NCBI GenBank assembly: GCA_964497805.1
Contig: CAZCFB010000013.1
Location: 4,029 to 68,028 of the forward strand
Reading direction: 5' to 3'
DNA from: an uncultured Kofleriaceae bacterium
Lineage (GTDB): Bacteria; Myxococcota_A; Polyangia; GCA-2747355; CAZCFB01
DNA length: 64,000 nucleotides
Below the pieces are notes generated by a model. The model was given only the letters and a program-made list of their open reading frames with translations, was not told the DNA's origin and did not search any database. A program made the translations under genes and the position numbers. Positions within the stretch are counted from its first letter, which is position 1; each line of letters begins with the position of its first letter. Below are positions 30,717 through 41,400 of the stretch, piece after piece.

Positions 30717-32363
30717 GTGGTGGGTCAATCGCCCATGAGCGTGTCCGAGGACAAGGGAGCGCCAGAGGCCGAGGAGCCGGCCAGGATCCAGGCCAGGATT
30801 CAGTGGGGACGTGAGGATCTCTGGATCATCCTCCCCCTGCTCGCCCTGGCCCTGGGCGTGCGCCTGTACGGCCTCATTGATCTCACCTTCATTGACGACG
30901 AACTGAGCCACATCTACTTCCTCGGCAAGGGCGCGGAGTTCGTCTGGGACGCGGTCTTCGTCTCCGCCCTGCTGCCGGTGTGGTTCTTCATGTACAAGGC
31001 CTGGATCCTGGTCGCGGGCATAGGGCTCGGCGCAAAGCTGTTCAGCGTCATGTGGGGCGTCCTGTCGGTGCTCTGCCTGTACGGGGCCATGCGCGAGGTG
31101 CGGGGCCGGTGGGTTTCAGCCGCGGCCGCCGGGCTCCTGGCGGTCATCGGCTTCCACATCCACTTCTCCCAGATCGCAACCCCCTACGCCTTCCTCACCT
31201 TCCTGGGATCCGCGGCCCTCTGGACCCTGCTGGCCACGCTCCGTCGGGGGAGCGCCATCGCGGCTGCCCTGCATGTGCTGGTGCTGGTGCTGGCCAACTA
31301 CACCCACCAGTCAGGCCCGCTGCTCTGGGGGGCGGAGCTGGCCGGCGTGCTGCTGCTCCTGGCCTTGAAGGCCCGGGGGATCAGACCTCGCCCCTTCCTG
31401 GTCGCCCAGGGCGTGGCCCTGCTGCTGAGCCTGGGCCTGATCCCGATCCTGTCCGCCCAGTGGCAGGCCGTTCAGCAGATACAGGGGATCTCATACCTGC
31501 CCGAGGTATCGGTGCCGGTGCTCCTGGACCGCCTGCACGGGTTCCTCGCCTTCGGCTCCCAGGAGGATCATGTCTCATGGGTCGTGGAGGCCATCGCCCT
31601 GGGTGTGGCCCTGGCCGGCGCCCTGGTGGCGGCGGTGCGGTCCCGGCGGCGAGGCCATGGCGCGCCCTGGGCCACCTTCCTGTTCGCCATGGTGCTGGTG
31701 AGCCCCATGCTCCTGTGCGCCATCCTGGGAGCGCTGGTGCGCAAGGAGTTGCTGTACGAGACCCGCTTCTTCGCCATCTTCATCCCTGCCCTGCCCGCGT
31801 TGACCGCGGCCGTGGCGGGGCACCTGGCGGGCCGCAAAGGCGCCCGCTGGAGGAAGGCGCGGGCCGTGGCGGCGGCGTGCCTGCTGCTGGTCTTGCTCGC
31901 GCCTCAGGCGGGGTCCTTGAGGTACCTCTTCGGGGGCACGCGGACGCAGGAGAACTTTCCCATCCACGAGATCAGCAAGATCATCGCGGCCAACTCCTTG
32001 CCGGGCGACATGGCCGTGGTGCACTCGTCCTTCTACCTCTTCTTCTTCGACTACTTCTACGCCGGGGACACCCCCCGCTTCATCGGCGCCGTCACAGAGG
32101 GCTTCCACCTACGCCCCTTTGGCGGCCTGCACGATGTGGCCGACCAGGACTCAGTGGCCGAAGTGATGGAGCGCCTGGCCGGGACCGAGCGTGTTTGGCT
32201 GGTCCTCACCCCCACCACCAACGCCCACCTCCGGGATCCGGATGGCCTCATCGTCGCCGGCATCGAGCAGGAGTTCGACCTGGACTCCCAACAGTGCTGG
32301 CGTTGTGATTCCGGCGATCCCATCCATGTGAAGCTCATGCTCCGGACGCTGTACCACGACTGA
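30717..32363 (+). CDS. polytopic membrane protein, putative GT-C fold glycosyltransferase (ArnT/PMT-like)
   Basis: About 12 predicted TM helices. A DDE motif in the first extracytoplasmic loop (TFIDDELSHIYF) and a large C-terminal soluble domain. Confidence 0.45.
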   Translation: MVGQSPMSVSEDKGAPEAEEPARIQARIQWGREDLWIILPLLALALGVRLYGLIDLTFIDDELSHIYFLGKGAEFVWDAVFVSALLPVWFFMYKAWILVAGIGLGAKLFSVMWGVLSVLCLYGAMREVRGRWVSAAAAGLLAVIGFHIHFSQIATPYAFLTFLGSAALWTLLATLRRGSAIAAALHVLVLVLANYTHQSGPLLWGAELAGVLLLLALKARGIRPRPFLVAQGVALLLSLGLIPILSAQWQAVQQIQGISYLPEVSVPVLLDRLHGFLAFGSQEDHVSWVVEAIALGVALAGALVAAVRSRRRGHGAPWATFLFAMVLVSPMLLCAILGALVRKELLYETRFFAIFIPALPALTAAVAGHLAGRKGARWRKARAVAAACLLLVLLAPQAGSLRYLFGGTRTQENFPIHEISKIIAANSLPGDMAVVHSSFYLFFFDYFYAGDTPRFIGAVTEGFHLRPFGGLHDVADQDSVAEVMERLAGTERVWLVLTPTTNAHLRDPDGLIVAGIEQEFDLDSQQCWRCDSGDPIHVKLMLRTLYHD

Positions 32364-32414
32364 TCACCCGCCCCCCCCGCGCTCCCCGGGTCCGTGCTAT
32401 ATGCTCGTACCTTC

Positions 32415-33956
32415 ATGAGGGTCTTGCTCGTCCAGCCGCCGCGGCCGCTCTGGCCATACATCAACGAACAGGACAACTACCTCCTGCCCCAGTGGATGGT
32501 CTGCCTGGGCGCTGTTTTGCGGGACGCGGGCCACGAGACGCGGTTGCTCGACTGCATGCCCGAACGCGTGGGCTGGAGGACGCTGGAGGCGCGCATCAGG
32601 GCACTTCGGCCAGACATGATCTGCGCCGGTGAGAACCACGCCCTCTTCGCCTCGAGTGTGGTGCGCCTGGTATCCCTGGCCAAGGCCATCGACCCGGCCA
32701 TGATCACGGTGGTGGGGGGCGGGCACTTCACCAACACGGTGGAGCACTACCTGCCGGCAGAGCCCATGGACTTCATCGTGCGCGGCGAGGGCGAGGCGAC
32801 CCTGCTGGAGCTGGCCGGGGCCCTGGAGTCCGGGGGCCTCGAGGAGGCCCGCACAGTGCACGGCGTCGCCTTCGCCGAGGACGGCGAGGTGCGTTACACC
32901 GCGCCCCGGGAGCTGGTGGAGGACCTGGACAGCCTGCCCATGCCGGCCTACGACCTGCTCCCCCTGCGCGCCTACGGCCGCGCCCGCTACCTGTTCAGCC
33001 CTGGCGGGGTTACCGTCCACCACAGCCGCGGCTGCACCGGGAGGTGCCAGTTCTGCGCCTGGTGGCGGCAGATGGCCCAGCGCGAGGTCACCTGCAGCGA
33101 CGGATGCCGCACCGAGCGCCTGGTGCCCCGCTGGCGCACCAAGTCCGTGGAGCGCACCCTGGCCGAGATGGAGGCGCTGCACCGCCGGTACGACAAGCGG
33201 TGCCTGGTGTTCGTGGATCCCACCTTCAACCTGGATCCTGAATGGAACGACGAGTTCGCCGAGGCGCTCATCCGGAAGCGGTGGGACCTCACCTGGTTCG
33301 CCTTCATGCGCGCCGACTTCATCCTGCGCGATGAGGGGCTGGGCATCTTCGACAAGCTCGTGCGCTCCGGGCTGGTGCACCTCTGCGTGGGCGTGGAGCG
33401 TCAGGATGACGACCAACTCGACGCCTGGGACAAGCCCGGGGCCCGGGCCGACGACTACGTCCGCTGCTTCGACCTGCTGCACGACAAGTACCCCGAGGTG
33501 TTCCGCCAGGCTACCTTCATCGTGGGCACAGCCTCGGAGACCCGGGCGTCCATGATGTCCCAGCTGCGCTACGCCCGCCGCATCCGCGCGGACTACCCCG
33601 CCTTCCACCCGGAAACCCCGTTCCCCGGCACCGACCTGTACGAGGAGGCGCGGCGCACCGGCAGGCTGGAGCTCACCGACTTCGACGACTTCGACATGAT
33701 GACCGCGGTGATGGGGACGGACCACCTGACCCGCGAGCAGGTGGAGGATGGCCTGGTCCGGCTCAACAAGGCGTACGTGGGGCCCAGGTGGTGGCTCAAG
33801 GGCATGCTCTCCAGCTCCGCGTACCGGCGAGACATGTACATATGGTGGTCCCTGGTGACCGGCCGGGTCTTCCTGGACGCGGTGAAGCGCCGGGTGAACC
33901 CCCTCTCCCCGGAGCCGTACACCAGCGCCTTCACCCCCGACTGGTACGAGGCATAG
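32415..33956 (+). CDS. cobalamin-binding (class B) radical SAM protein, paralog 1
   Basis: N-terminal Rossmann-like B12-binding domain (MRVLLVQPP...ICAGENHA). Radical SAM motif CTGRCQFC. Confidence 0.8.
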   Translation: MRVLLVQPPRPLWPYINEQDNYLLPQWMVCLGAVLRDAGHETRLLDCMPERVGWRTLEARIRALRPDMICAGENHALFASSVVRLVSLAKAIDPAMITVVGGGHFTNTVEHYLPAEPMDFIVRGEGEATLLELAGALESGGLEEARTVHGVAFAEDGEVRYTAPRELVEDLDSLPMPAYDLLPLRAYGRARYLFSPGGVTVHHSRGCTGRCQFCAWWRQMAQREVTCSDGCRTERLVPRWRTKSVERTLAEMEALHRRYDKRCLVFVDPTFNLDPEWNDEFAEALIRKRWDLTWFAFMRADFILRDEGLGIFDKLVRSGLVHLCVGVERQDDDQLDAWDKPGARADDYVRCFDLLHDKYPEVFRQATFIVGTASETRASMMSQLRYARRIRADYPAFHPETPFPGTDLYEEARRTGRLELTDFDDFDMMTAVMGTDHLTREQVEDGLVRLNKAYVGPRWWLKGMLSSSAYRRDMYIWWSLVTGRVFLDAVKRRVNPLSPEPYTSAFTPDWYEA

Positions 33957-33961
33957 CCGCC

Positions 33962-35395
33962 TTGCGCTTCCTCCTGATCAACCCCGCCCAGGATCCGCGC
34001 CTCACCGCCGGCTACTACCGGCGCATGCTCTCCATCATGCCGCCCATCAACCTGGCATACCTGGCCGCGGCGCTGGAGCAGGCCGGGGTGGAGGTGGCGG
34101 TGCACGACGACGCGGTGGCCGGCGGGGATCCAGCCGCGCTGGCGAACGCGCTCAGGCGCTTCCGTCCCGACGCCGTGGGGCTCTCCGTGGTGACCAGCAT
34201 GATGCCCGACGCGGCGCGGGTGATCCGGGGGGTGCGGCAGGCGGCGCCGGAGGCTGCCGTGGTGCTCGGCAACATCCACCCCACCCTGTATGACGGTGAC
34301 CTCCTGCGGCAGGGTCTGGCCGACGTTGTGGTGCGCGGTGAAGGGGAGCACACCGTCGTGGAGTTGTGCCACGCGCTCTCCTCGGCGGGTGGGGACATGG
34401 CGCAGGTGCCCGGCGTCTCCTTCATGCGGGAGGGCGAGGTGGTGCGCACCCCGGACAGGCCGCGCATCGAGGACCTGGACAGCCTGCCCCTGCCCGCCTG
34501 GCACCTGTTCCCCCTGGACGGCTACCGCCTGTTCAACTTCGCCCGTGTACGGGAGCCGGGCACGCTGATCCAGGGATCGCGCGGATGCCCGTACGGCTGC
34601 ACCTACTGCTCTCTCAAGATCATGGGCTCAAGGCGGCGGGTTCGCAGCGCCGGGAGCCTGGCCGACGAGTTCGAATACCTGCTGTCCCGCTTCGGCTACC
34701 GGCAGCCCTCCTTCGTTGACCCTATTTTCCCTTTCACCAAGAAGGAAGGCCTCGACTTCGCCGCCGAGGTTGTGCGCCGGGGCCTTCACCGGGAGCAGGT
34801 CTGGATCACCGAGACCCGCGCTGATCTGGTGGATCTGGAGCTACTCCAGGCCCTCCGCGAGGCGGGCCTGAGGCGCATCATGTTCGGCTTCGAGGCGGGC
34901 CAGGACGCCCAACTCCGGGCCATCAACAAGCGCGGCTCGGCCCAACAGGCGGAGCGGGCGGTTCAGCTGGCGCGCAAGGCCGGCGTCCAGGTCATCGGCT
35001 TCTTCATGCTCGGCATCCCTGGCTCGGACCGGGCGTCCCTGCAGGCCACCATTGACCACGCCCGCGGGCTGGACATCGACTTCGCCAAGTTCACTGTGTT
35101 CACACCCTTCCCCGGCACGTCGGCGCACAAGGAGCTCCTGGCGCGGGGTGATCTGCCAGAGCCCGAGAACTGGCGCCGCTACACCAGCTACCCGTCCAGG
35201 GAGGTCCCGCCCTGCTACGTACCCGAGGGGCTGTCCGCCGACGATCTCGTGAACGCCCAACGGCGCGCCTACCTCTCCTGGTACCTGCGCCCGACCGTGA
35301 TCTACAACCAGTTGGCGCGGGTGCGCGCCCTCGGGTTGGATGAGCTGCTGGCCGGCGCGGGCACAGTGCTCTCGGCCTTGAGGAGGCGGGGCTGA
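33962..35395 (+). CDS. cobalamin-binding (class B) radical SAM protein, paralog 2
   Basis: Likely TTG start giving (M)RFLLINPAQD. B12-binding N-terminal domain. Radical SAM motif CPYGCTYC. Confidence 0.75.
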   Translation: MRFLLINPAQDPRLTAGYYRRMLSIMPPINLAYLAAALEQAGVEVAVHDDAVAGGDPAALANALRRFRPDAVGLSVVTSMMPDAARVIRGVRQAAPEAAVVLGNIHPTLYDGDLLRQGLADVVVRGEGEHTVVELCHALSSAGGDMAQVPGVSFMREGEVVRTPDRPRIEDLDSLPLPAWHLFPLDGYRLFNFARVREPGTLIQGSRGCPYGCTYCSLKIMGSRRRVRSAGSLADEFEYLLSRFGYRQPSFVDPIFPFTKKEGLDFAAEVVRRGLHREQVWITETRADLVDLELLQALREAGLRRIMFGFEAGQDAQLRAINKRGSAQQAERAVQLARKAGVQVIGFFMLGIPGSDRASLQATIDHARGLDIDFAKFTVFTPFPGTSAHKELLARGDLPEPENWRRYTSYPSREVPPCYVPEGLSADDLVNAQRRAYLSWYLRPTVIYNQLARVRALGLDELLAGAGTVLSALRRRG

Positions 35396-35546
35396 TGAGC
35401 CTTAAGACCGCTGGCGGCGCGGTCGCGCCCGCCGGCCACAGCCTGGCGCAGCCGGGCGAAACAACAATGCGGGCCGAAGGCCCTCAGCTGGGCACGTCGG
35501 GCCGAAGCGCCCGTCGGGGACAGCTGATATTGAGGCGGGGCTGATG
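35378..35546. repeat. 17-20 bp direct repeat (TTGAGG(AGG)CGGGGCTGATG) flanking a 133-bp intergenic insert between rSAM paralogs 2 and 3
   Basis: Repeat 1 (35378-35397) covers the paralog-2 stop and contains an overlapping ATG. Repeat 2 (35530-35546) carries the paralog-3 ATG. Confidence 0.45.
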
Positions 35547-36893
35547 CCCTCTCGGCGCCCCGTCTACCTTGTGCTGCCGTTCCAGCCCATGGCCGGCACC
35601 GAGCGGTTCTATCCGCGCACCATGGTGAGGCCGCCGCTGGGGCTCCTCATCCTGTCCCGGGTGCTCAGGGAGGCCGGCTACAGGACCCGGGTGTTTGACC
35701 TCTCCGCCCGCAAGATGAGCCCCGCCAGCCTCGGGGAGGCGGCCCGCCGTGAGCGCCCCCTGGCCGTGGGCTTCTACGCCAACTGCCTGACCCCTCGCTG
35801 GACCACGGCGTACATGCGGGCGGTGCTGGAAAGCGCCCCCGGCGCCCCCGTGGTGGTGGGTGGACCTGGCGGCGACTCCTACCAGCAGTGGCTGGATGTG
35901 GGCGCCGCCGCCGTGCACCGCGGGGAGGGTGAGCGCGCCATCGTGCCCATCGTGCGCTACCTGCAGGGCGAGGAGGACCCGGCGGAGATCCCGGGCCTGG
36001 TCTACCGCGATCCAGCCGGCCAGGTGCGCGTGAACCCGGTGGGTCCCGTGATCGAGGACCTGGACAGTGTGCCCCTGCCCGACTGGGACGCGGTGAAGAT
36101 CGCGGACTACCACGACCGCGCGTTCCTCCTGGCCCGGCGGCCCTACTTCACCTCCATGACCTCGCGCGGCTGCCCCTACCGGTGCGCGTTCTGCTACCAG
36201 GGCGTCCACTCCCGCCATACCTACCGAAGCCGCAGCGTGGGGCGGGTCCTGGAGGAGCTTGAGATCCTGGTGGGCCGTTACGGTGTGCGGCATGTTGCCT
36301 TCCAGGACGATGTCTTCGGCCTCGAGCCAGGCTGGGTGGAGTCTTTCTGCGAGCAGATCCAGCGCCGCGGGCTGCGCCTGGGCTGGAACGCCATCGTGCA
36401 CCCCATGACCTTCCGCGGGCGGCACGGAGAGCTGTTCGCCCTGATGAAGGCGGCCGGCCTCAACACCATCTCCGTGGGGGTGCAATCGTCGTCGCCGGAG
36501 GTGCTGGAGCGGATCCACCGCTCACCGCGGGAACCGGAGCATGTGGCCGCTGCGTTGGAGGCGGCCCACGAGCTGGGGATCATGAGCGCCATCGAGTACA
36601 TCTACGGCCTGCCCGGGGACACGGTGGCCACCCTGCGCGAGAACACCAGGGTCGCTGCCAGCTCGCTGGCCACCGTGGTCAACTTCCACGACCTGACCAT
36701 CTACCCTGGCATCCCATTGAGCGGCATGAGCGCGGAGGAGCGCGGCGAGCTGCTGCCCGGGCCCGTGGTCAAGCGGGAGCTGCTCAGGGCCTACCTCGCC
36801 TTCTACGCCAACCCGGCCGCGCTGGGGCGCATCGCCCACTTCGCCGGGCTGGGCGCCGCCAGGCGTATTGCCGGCCGATTTCTGTCATCATGA
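35544..36893 (+). CDS. cobalamin-binding (class B) radical SAM protein, paralog 3
   Basis: B12-binding N-terminal domain. Radical SAM motif CPYRCAFC. Its stop overlaps the paralog-4 start (ATGA). Confidence 0.8.
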   Translation: MPSRRPVYLVLPFQPMAGTERFYPRTMVRPPLGLLILSRVLREAGYRTRVFDLSARKMSPASLGEAARRERPLAVGFYANCLTPRWTTAYMRAVLESAPGAPVVVGGPGGDSYQQWLDVGAAAVHRGEGERAIVPIVRYLQGEEDPAEIPGLVYRDPAGQVRVNPVGPVIEDLDSVPLPDWDAVKIADYHDRAFLLARRPYFTSMTSRGCPYRCAFCYQGVHSRHTYRSRSVGRVLEELEILVGRYGVRHVAFQDDVFGLEPGWVESFCEQIQRRGLRLGWNAIVHPMTFRGRHGELFALMKAAGLNTISVGVQSSSPEVLERIHRSPREPEHVAAALEAAHELGIMSAIEYIYGLPGDTVATLRENTRVAASSLATVVNFHDLTIYPGIPLSGMSAEERGELLPGPVVKRELLRAYLAFYANPAALGRIAHFAGLGAARRIAGRFLSS

Positions 36894-38410
36894 GACCTCC
36901 CATGAAGGTCCTGTTCATCTCCTCCAACCTGTACTCCCAGTTCCCCGCCTGCTTCCCCAACGGCGTGGGTGCTTTGAGCGCGTACCTCAAGCGTGAGGGG
37001 CACCAGGTGGAGGCCCTGCACCTGGGCCGGAAGCGTGATGAGGCTCGCCTGCCGGGGTTGCTGCGGGGCCTGGAGCCCGACCTGGTGGGCATCTCGACGG
37101 TGACCTGCGAGACGCCCATCATCCGGCGGGTGGCCAGGGCGGCCAAGGCGTGGCGCCCGCGGGTGCCGGTGCTGGTGGGCGGCATCCACGCCATCGTCTC
37201 CCCGGAGAGCGTGCTGGAGGTGCAGCAGGTGGACGCGGTGTGCTGCGGCGAGGGGGAGCTGGCCCTGGCAGAGTACCTGCGCCGCATGGAGGCAGGGGAG
37301 GACCTGGCCGGGGTGGGCAACTTCATCACCCGAGCCGACGGCGGCGGCACGGTCAGGGGCGAGAGCATGGCGTTCATCCAGGAGCTGGACGATCTGCCCC
37401 TCATGGACCGCGGCGTCACGGACATGCAGCAGGTCATCGACGCCAACAACGGCGTGCTCAACGTGATCTTCTCCCGGGGCTGCCCCTGGACCTGCAAGTT
37501 CTGCTGCAACCGCGACATCAAGAAGGCGGGCACCGGCACCTACGCCCGGGTCAACAGCGTGCCCCGGGCCATCGCCGAGCTGGAAACCCTGGCCGACAAG
37601 TACAGCTTCCGCCATGTCCTCTTCCGGGACGACACCTTCACCTGGAACCGGGAGTGGTCCCTGGAGTTCGTGGCGGCCTACAGGGAGAGCAGCCTCACCG
37701 CGCCGTTCGACATCTTCAGCCGGGTGGACTGCCTGGACGACGAGCTGCTGCAAGCCCTGGCCAGCGGCGGCTGTCATCACATCTTCATCGGCCTCGACTC
37801 GGGCAACGACTTCATCCGCAACGAGGTGCTGCACAAGGAGCAGGAGAACGAGGACCTGCTGCCAATCTGCGAGAAGATGAAGGCCCTCGGCATCACGCCG
37901 ATGATCTCCAACATCGTGGGCCTACCCCACGAAACACCGGAGATGTTCAGGGACACCATCGAGCTCAACAAGCAGATCCACCAGGACATGGTGGTCTTCT
38001 CTCCCACCTGCGGCGCCTGCCCCAAGATCTGGGTCTTCACACCGTGGCCCGGCTCGGAGCTGTACAACATGTGCCAGCGCGAGGGGTGGCTCGAGGAAGA
38101 GGCCGGGGTCCGCAAGGTGTACCGCGAGTCGACCCTGCGCATGCCCGACTTCCCGGCGGCAGAGATTGACCGCCAGTACCGGCGCTTCCGTTTCAACGTG
38201 TACAAGGACAACTTCCCCCTGCACGCCCTGCTCTATCTGGTCTATGACAGCGCCAAGTTCCAGTCGCTGTTCGAGCGGATCCCCATGGGGCTCATCGGCG
38301 GCGTGCGACAGTCGGTGCTGACGTTGATGAACCCGGGTAAGAGGCGGGAGTTTGTGGAGAGGATGCTGGGAGGGGGTGGGTTGAGGGATGATCCGCGGGG
38401 TCACGCTTAG
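36890..38410 (+). CDS. cobalamin-binding (class B) radical SAM protein, paralog 4
   Basis: MKVLFISSNLYSQ B12-binding N-terminal domain. Radical SAM motif CPWTCKFC. Confidence 0.8.
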   Translation: MRPPMKVLFISSNLYSQFPACFPNGVGALSAYLKREGHQVEALHLGRKRDEARLPGLLRGLEPDLVGISTVTCETPIIRRVARAAKAWRPRVPVLVGGIHAIVSPESVLEVQQVDAVCCGEGELALAEYLRRMEAGEDLAGVGNFITRADGGGTVRGESMAFIQELDDLPLMDRGVTDMQQVIDANNGVLNVIFSRGCPWTCKFCCNRDIKKAGTGTYARVNSVPRAIAELETLADKYSFRHVLFRDDTFTWNREWSLEFVAAYRESSLTAPFDIFSRVDCLDDELLQALASGGCHHIFIGLDSGNDFIRNEVLHKEQENEDLLPICEKMKALGITPMISNIVGLPHETPEMFRDTIELNKQIHQDMVVFSPTCGACPKIWVFTPWPGSELYNMCQREGWLEEEAGVRKVYRESTLRMPDFPAAEIDRQYRRFRFNVYKDNFPLHALLYLVYDSAKFQSLFERIPMGLIGGVRQSVLTLMNPGKRREFVERMLGGGGLRDDPRGHA

Positions 38411-38449
38411 TCGACGGTCACGGCCCAAGGCCCACGGCCCATGTCTCCC

Positions 38450-41400
38450 CTACAATCCCTTGAGGATTCTCACGACCTGGGCGCGTTCGGCCTGGGTGCT
38501 TGACCTGATGGGGGTGCGGGCCAGGTAGAGGCGGTAGAAGAAGATGGCCTTCTTCCGCTTGCCTGCCTTGCGGTGGGCGTCACCCAGCAGCCTGATGGCG
38601 CCGGACAGATCCGGGTTCAGGGAGAGGGCGCGGCCGCCGTCGTTGATGGCGCCCGAGGGATCACCCTTTCCGAGCCGGGCCTTGCCCCGCAGCATGTACA
38701 CCCGGGCGGTGGGGCTCATGGAGAGCAGCGATGAGGCAGCCTTGGCGGCCGCAGCGTACTGCCTGGCTGCCAGCAGCGACTCCACCCGGCTGGCGCGGCT
38801 CTTGACCAGCCGGGCCGCGCTTGCCTGTTCCCGGGCCGAACGCCGGCACAGCTCCAGGTTGTATCGGGCAGCCTCGTCGTCGCTGTTAAGGCGCAGGACC
38901 TTGCGGTAGAAGGACGATGCCCTGTCCATCTGCCCCAGGGCCATGGCCGTGGCGCCGCCCTTGTACAGGGCCTCCTGGCTGGACGGATCCAGCTTGGCCG
39001 CCTGCTCGTACAGGCCCATGGCCACCACCAGGTGCCGCTTGGAGAACTCACGGTCCGCCATGCGAACCAGCCCCTTGGCCGCATCGCTGGCAGACTTGTA
39101 CATGCTTGTGGGCGCCTGGGCCGCCGGGAAGGGGAGCGTGCCCTCGGCCGACAGGTCCCCGCTCACCGCCCGGGCCAACTCCACGCTGCCGCTGGACGGG
39201 GCGGGAGTGGCGACGGGCTGACGCGCAGCCTCGGCCTCCGCCGCCTTACGATCCTTGGCCTCCTGGCGGGCCCGAACCTTGGCCTCGCGAGCCGCCAGGG
39301 CCTCGGCCTTCTTGCGCGCCCTGGCGTCCTTGCGCGCCTGGATCTTCGCCTCTCGCGCGGCCTTTGCCTCGGCCCGCTTGCGCGCCTTGGCCTCCTTGCG
39401 CGCCCGAATCTTTGCCCGCCGGGCCTCCTTGGCCTCGGCTGCCTCGCGCTCTGCGTCGAGAGCCAGGGCCTGGCGCTTACGACCCTTGATGTACTCCGCA
39501 ACGGTGACCGTGCGGCCGCGGTCGCCTGGCATCGTGATCTTGGTGGCCGGGGGGGTTCCCCCCAGGGCCTTCAGTTCCTGGTGAGCGGCCAGCACCTGGG
39601 AGGCGGCGAAGGCCCGGTTCTCGACTCTCAAGTACTTGCCGTAGGCGATGACCGCCTGGTCCTTCATGCCGAGGTCGCGCAGGGTACGGGCCAGCTCAAA
39701 GTGGGCGTCCGGGCTGGGCTTGCCCTTGCCGAGGTAACGGCGAAAGGAGCCGACAGCGGAGACGTTCTCCTTGGCCGCCCGCTCCAGGCGCGCCTTGTGC
39801 AACCAGCCAGTTTGGTAGCCGAGGTTGTCGCGCATGCCCACGCGCAGGGCCGAGATCCCCTGCTTGTAATGCCCGAGCTGGTACGCGCAGAACGCGAGCC
39901 CGTTATAAGCGGCCGTATTGAACGGGTCCTTCCTGGTGGCGCGAACGAACAGGGGCTGCGCCTGCTGGCACTTGCCCAGGCGGGCCAGGGTGTCCCCCTG
40001 CTGGCGCAGCTTGTCCGAGGCGGACACGGCGTTGCCGTCGGGCTCACCCGGCGCCGGGGGCGCCATGGGCCTGTCCTCGGCCGGGGACACCAGGGGGAGC
40101 AATCCGCGCTTGCCCTTCTTCCTGCGTCCCTTGCCCTTGGATGCGTAGGCCGCTGTGGCGTCCATCATGGCCATGTCGCGCTCTCGCTGGCGCCTGGCCT
40201 CTTCGTCCCCGGCGCTTGAACTGTCGGCAGCCACTGCTGCCTCGGCCTCGCTGGCCGCCACAGGTTTCTTGTCCGCGCTGTCCACGGGCGGCAGCCCCGG
40301 CAGGGCTGGCGGCGAGGCGCTGGCGGCGGCTGGAGCTGCGGCAGCCACAGGGGCGGCCTTCCCCTTGCCCCGCATGCGCGCGATCTCCACACGGGCCCGG
40401 TGGATCCACTTCTCCTGCCCGCTGCGCTTCTCCTTCTCGATGTACCGCTCGAACGATGTGGCCGCGGCGCTCTTCTTGCCCATCCCCTTGTAGGCCAGGG
40501 CGAGGCCAAAGTACGGATCCGCGTTGTCCGGGTCCTTCTCGATGTACCGCTGGTAGGCCCTCACGGCCTTGCCGTGGCGCCCCAGCTTGCGAAGCGCGTA
40601 GGCCAGGTTGTACCAGGCCTGGTTGTAGCCCGGGTTCGCCTTGATCGCGGACCGGAACACCTTCACCGCCTTGCTATAGCGGCGAGAACGGAACAGGCAG
40701 GTGGCCAGGGCGTCCAGGGCCGCCGTGTCACCGGGGTTCGCCCTGATGGCGGCCAGGTACTTGTCTGCGGCCTCCGCGACCTTTCCCTCCCGATACAGTC
40801 TGTCCCCCTGCTGGCGGGCCGTCTCATTGCGAGCTGGCCTTGGCGTCGCGGCTGGCGGGAGCGTGGGCGCCGTCGCCGTCGCTGGCGCGAGCGCTGGAGC
40901 TGGTTTGGCAGCAGGCGCACTTGTGGCGGCCTTCTTCAACATCTCATCAGCCATGGCCCCTGCCTTGGCCACCCAGGAGGCGCGGTCAGACCGCTTCTCC
41001 AGCTCGGTGTAGCGGCGGAAGGCGTCCGAAGCCAGGCCAAACTTGCCCTGTGCCTTGTAGGCCAGCCCGAGGCCGAAGTACGGGTCTGCGCTGGTGGGTT
41101 CCATGCGGGAGAAGGTCTTGTATGCGCGGATGGCGTCCGCCATTTTCCCCCTCTTCCGGAGGGCGTAGGCCAGGTTGTACCAACCCTCGCCGTACTTCCG
41201 GTCCCGCTTCACCGCCCGCTGCAGCAGTGAGATGGCTTGGTCGTATTTGCGCTGACGCAGGTAGTGGGTGGAGAGGGCGGTGTACCCTTCCCGGTAGCTC
41301 GGATCCGCAGCCACCGCCTTCTTGTAGCTCGCCTCGGCCGAGACCTGATCGCCGGCGGCTACATGCGCGTCACCCTGTTTTTTGAGGGCCGCCGCCTTCT

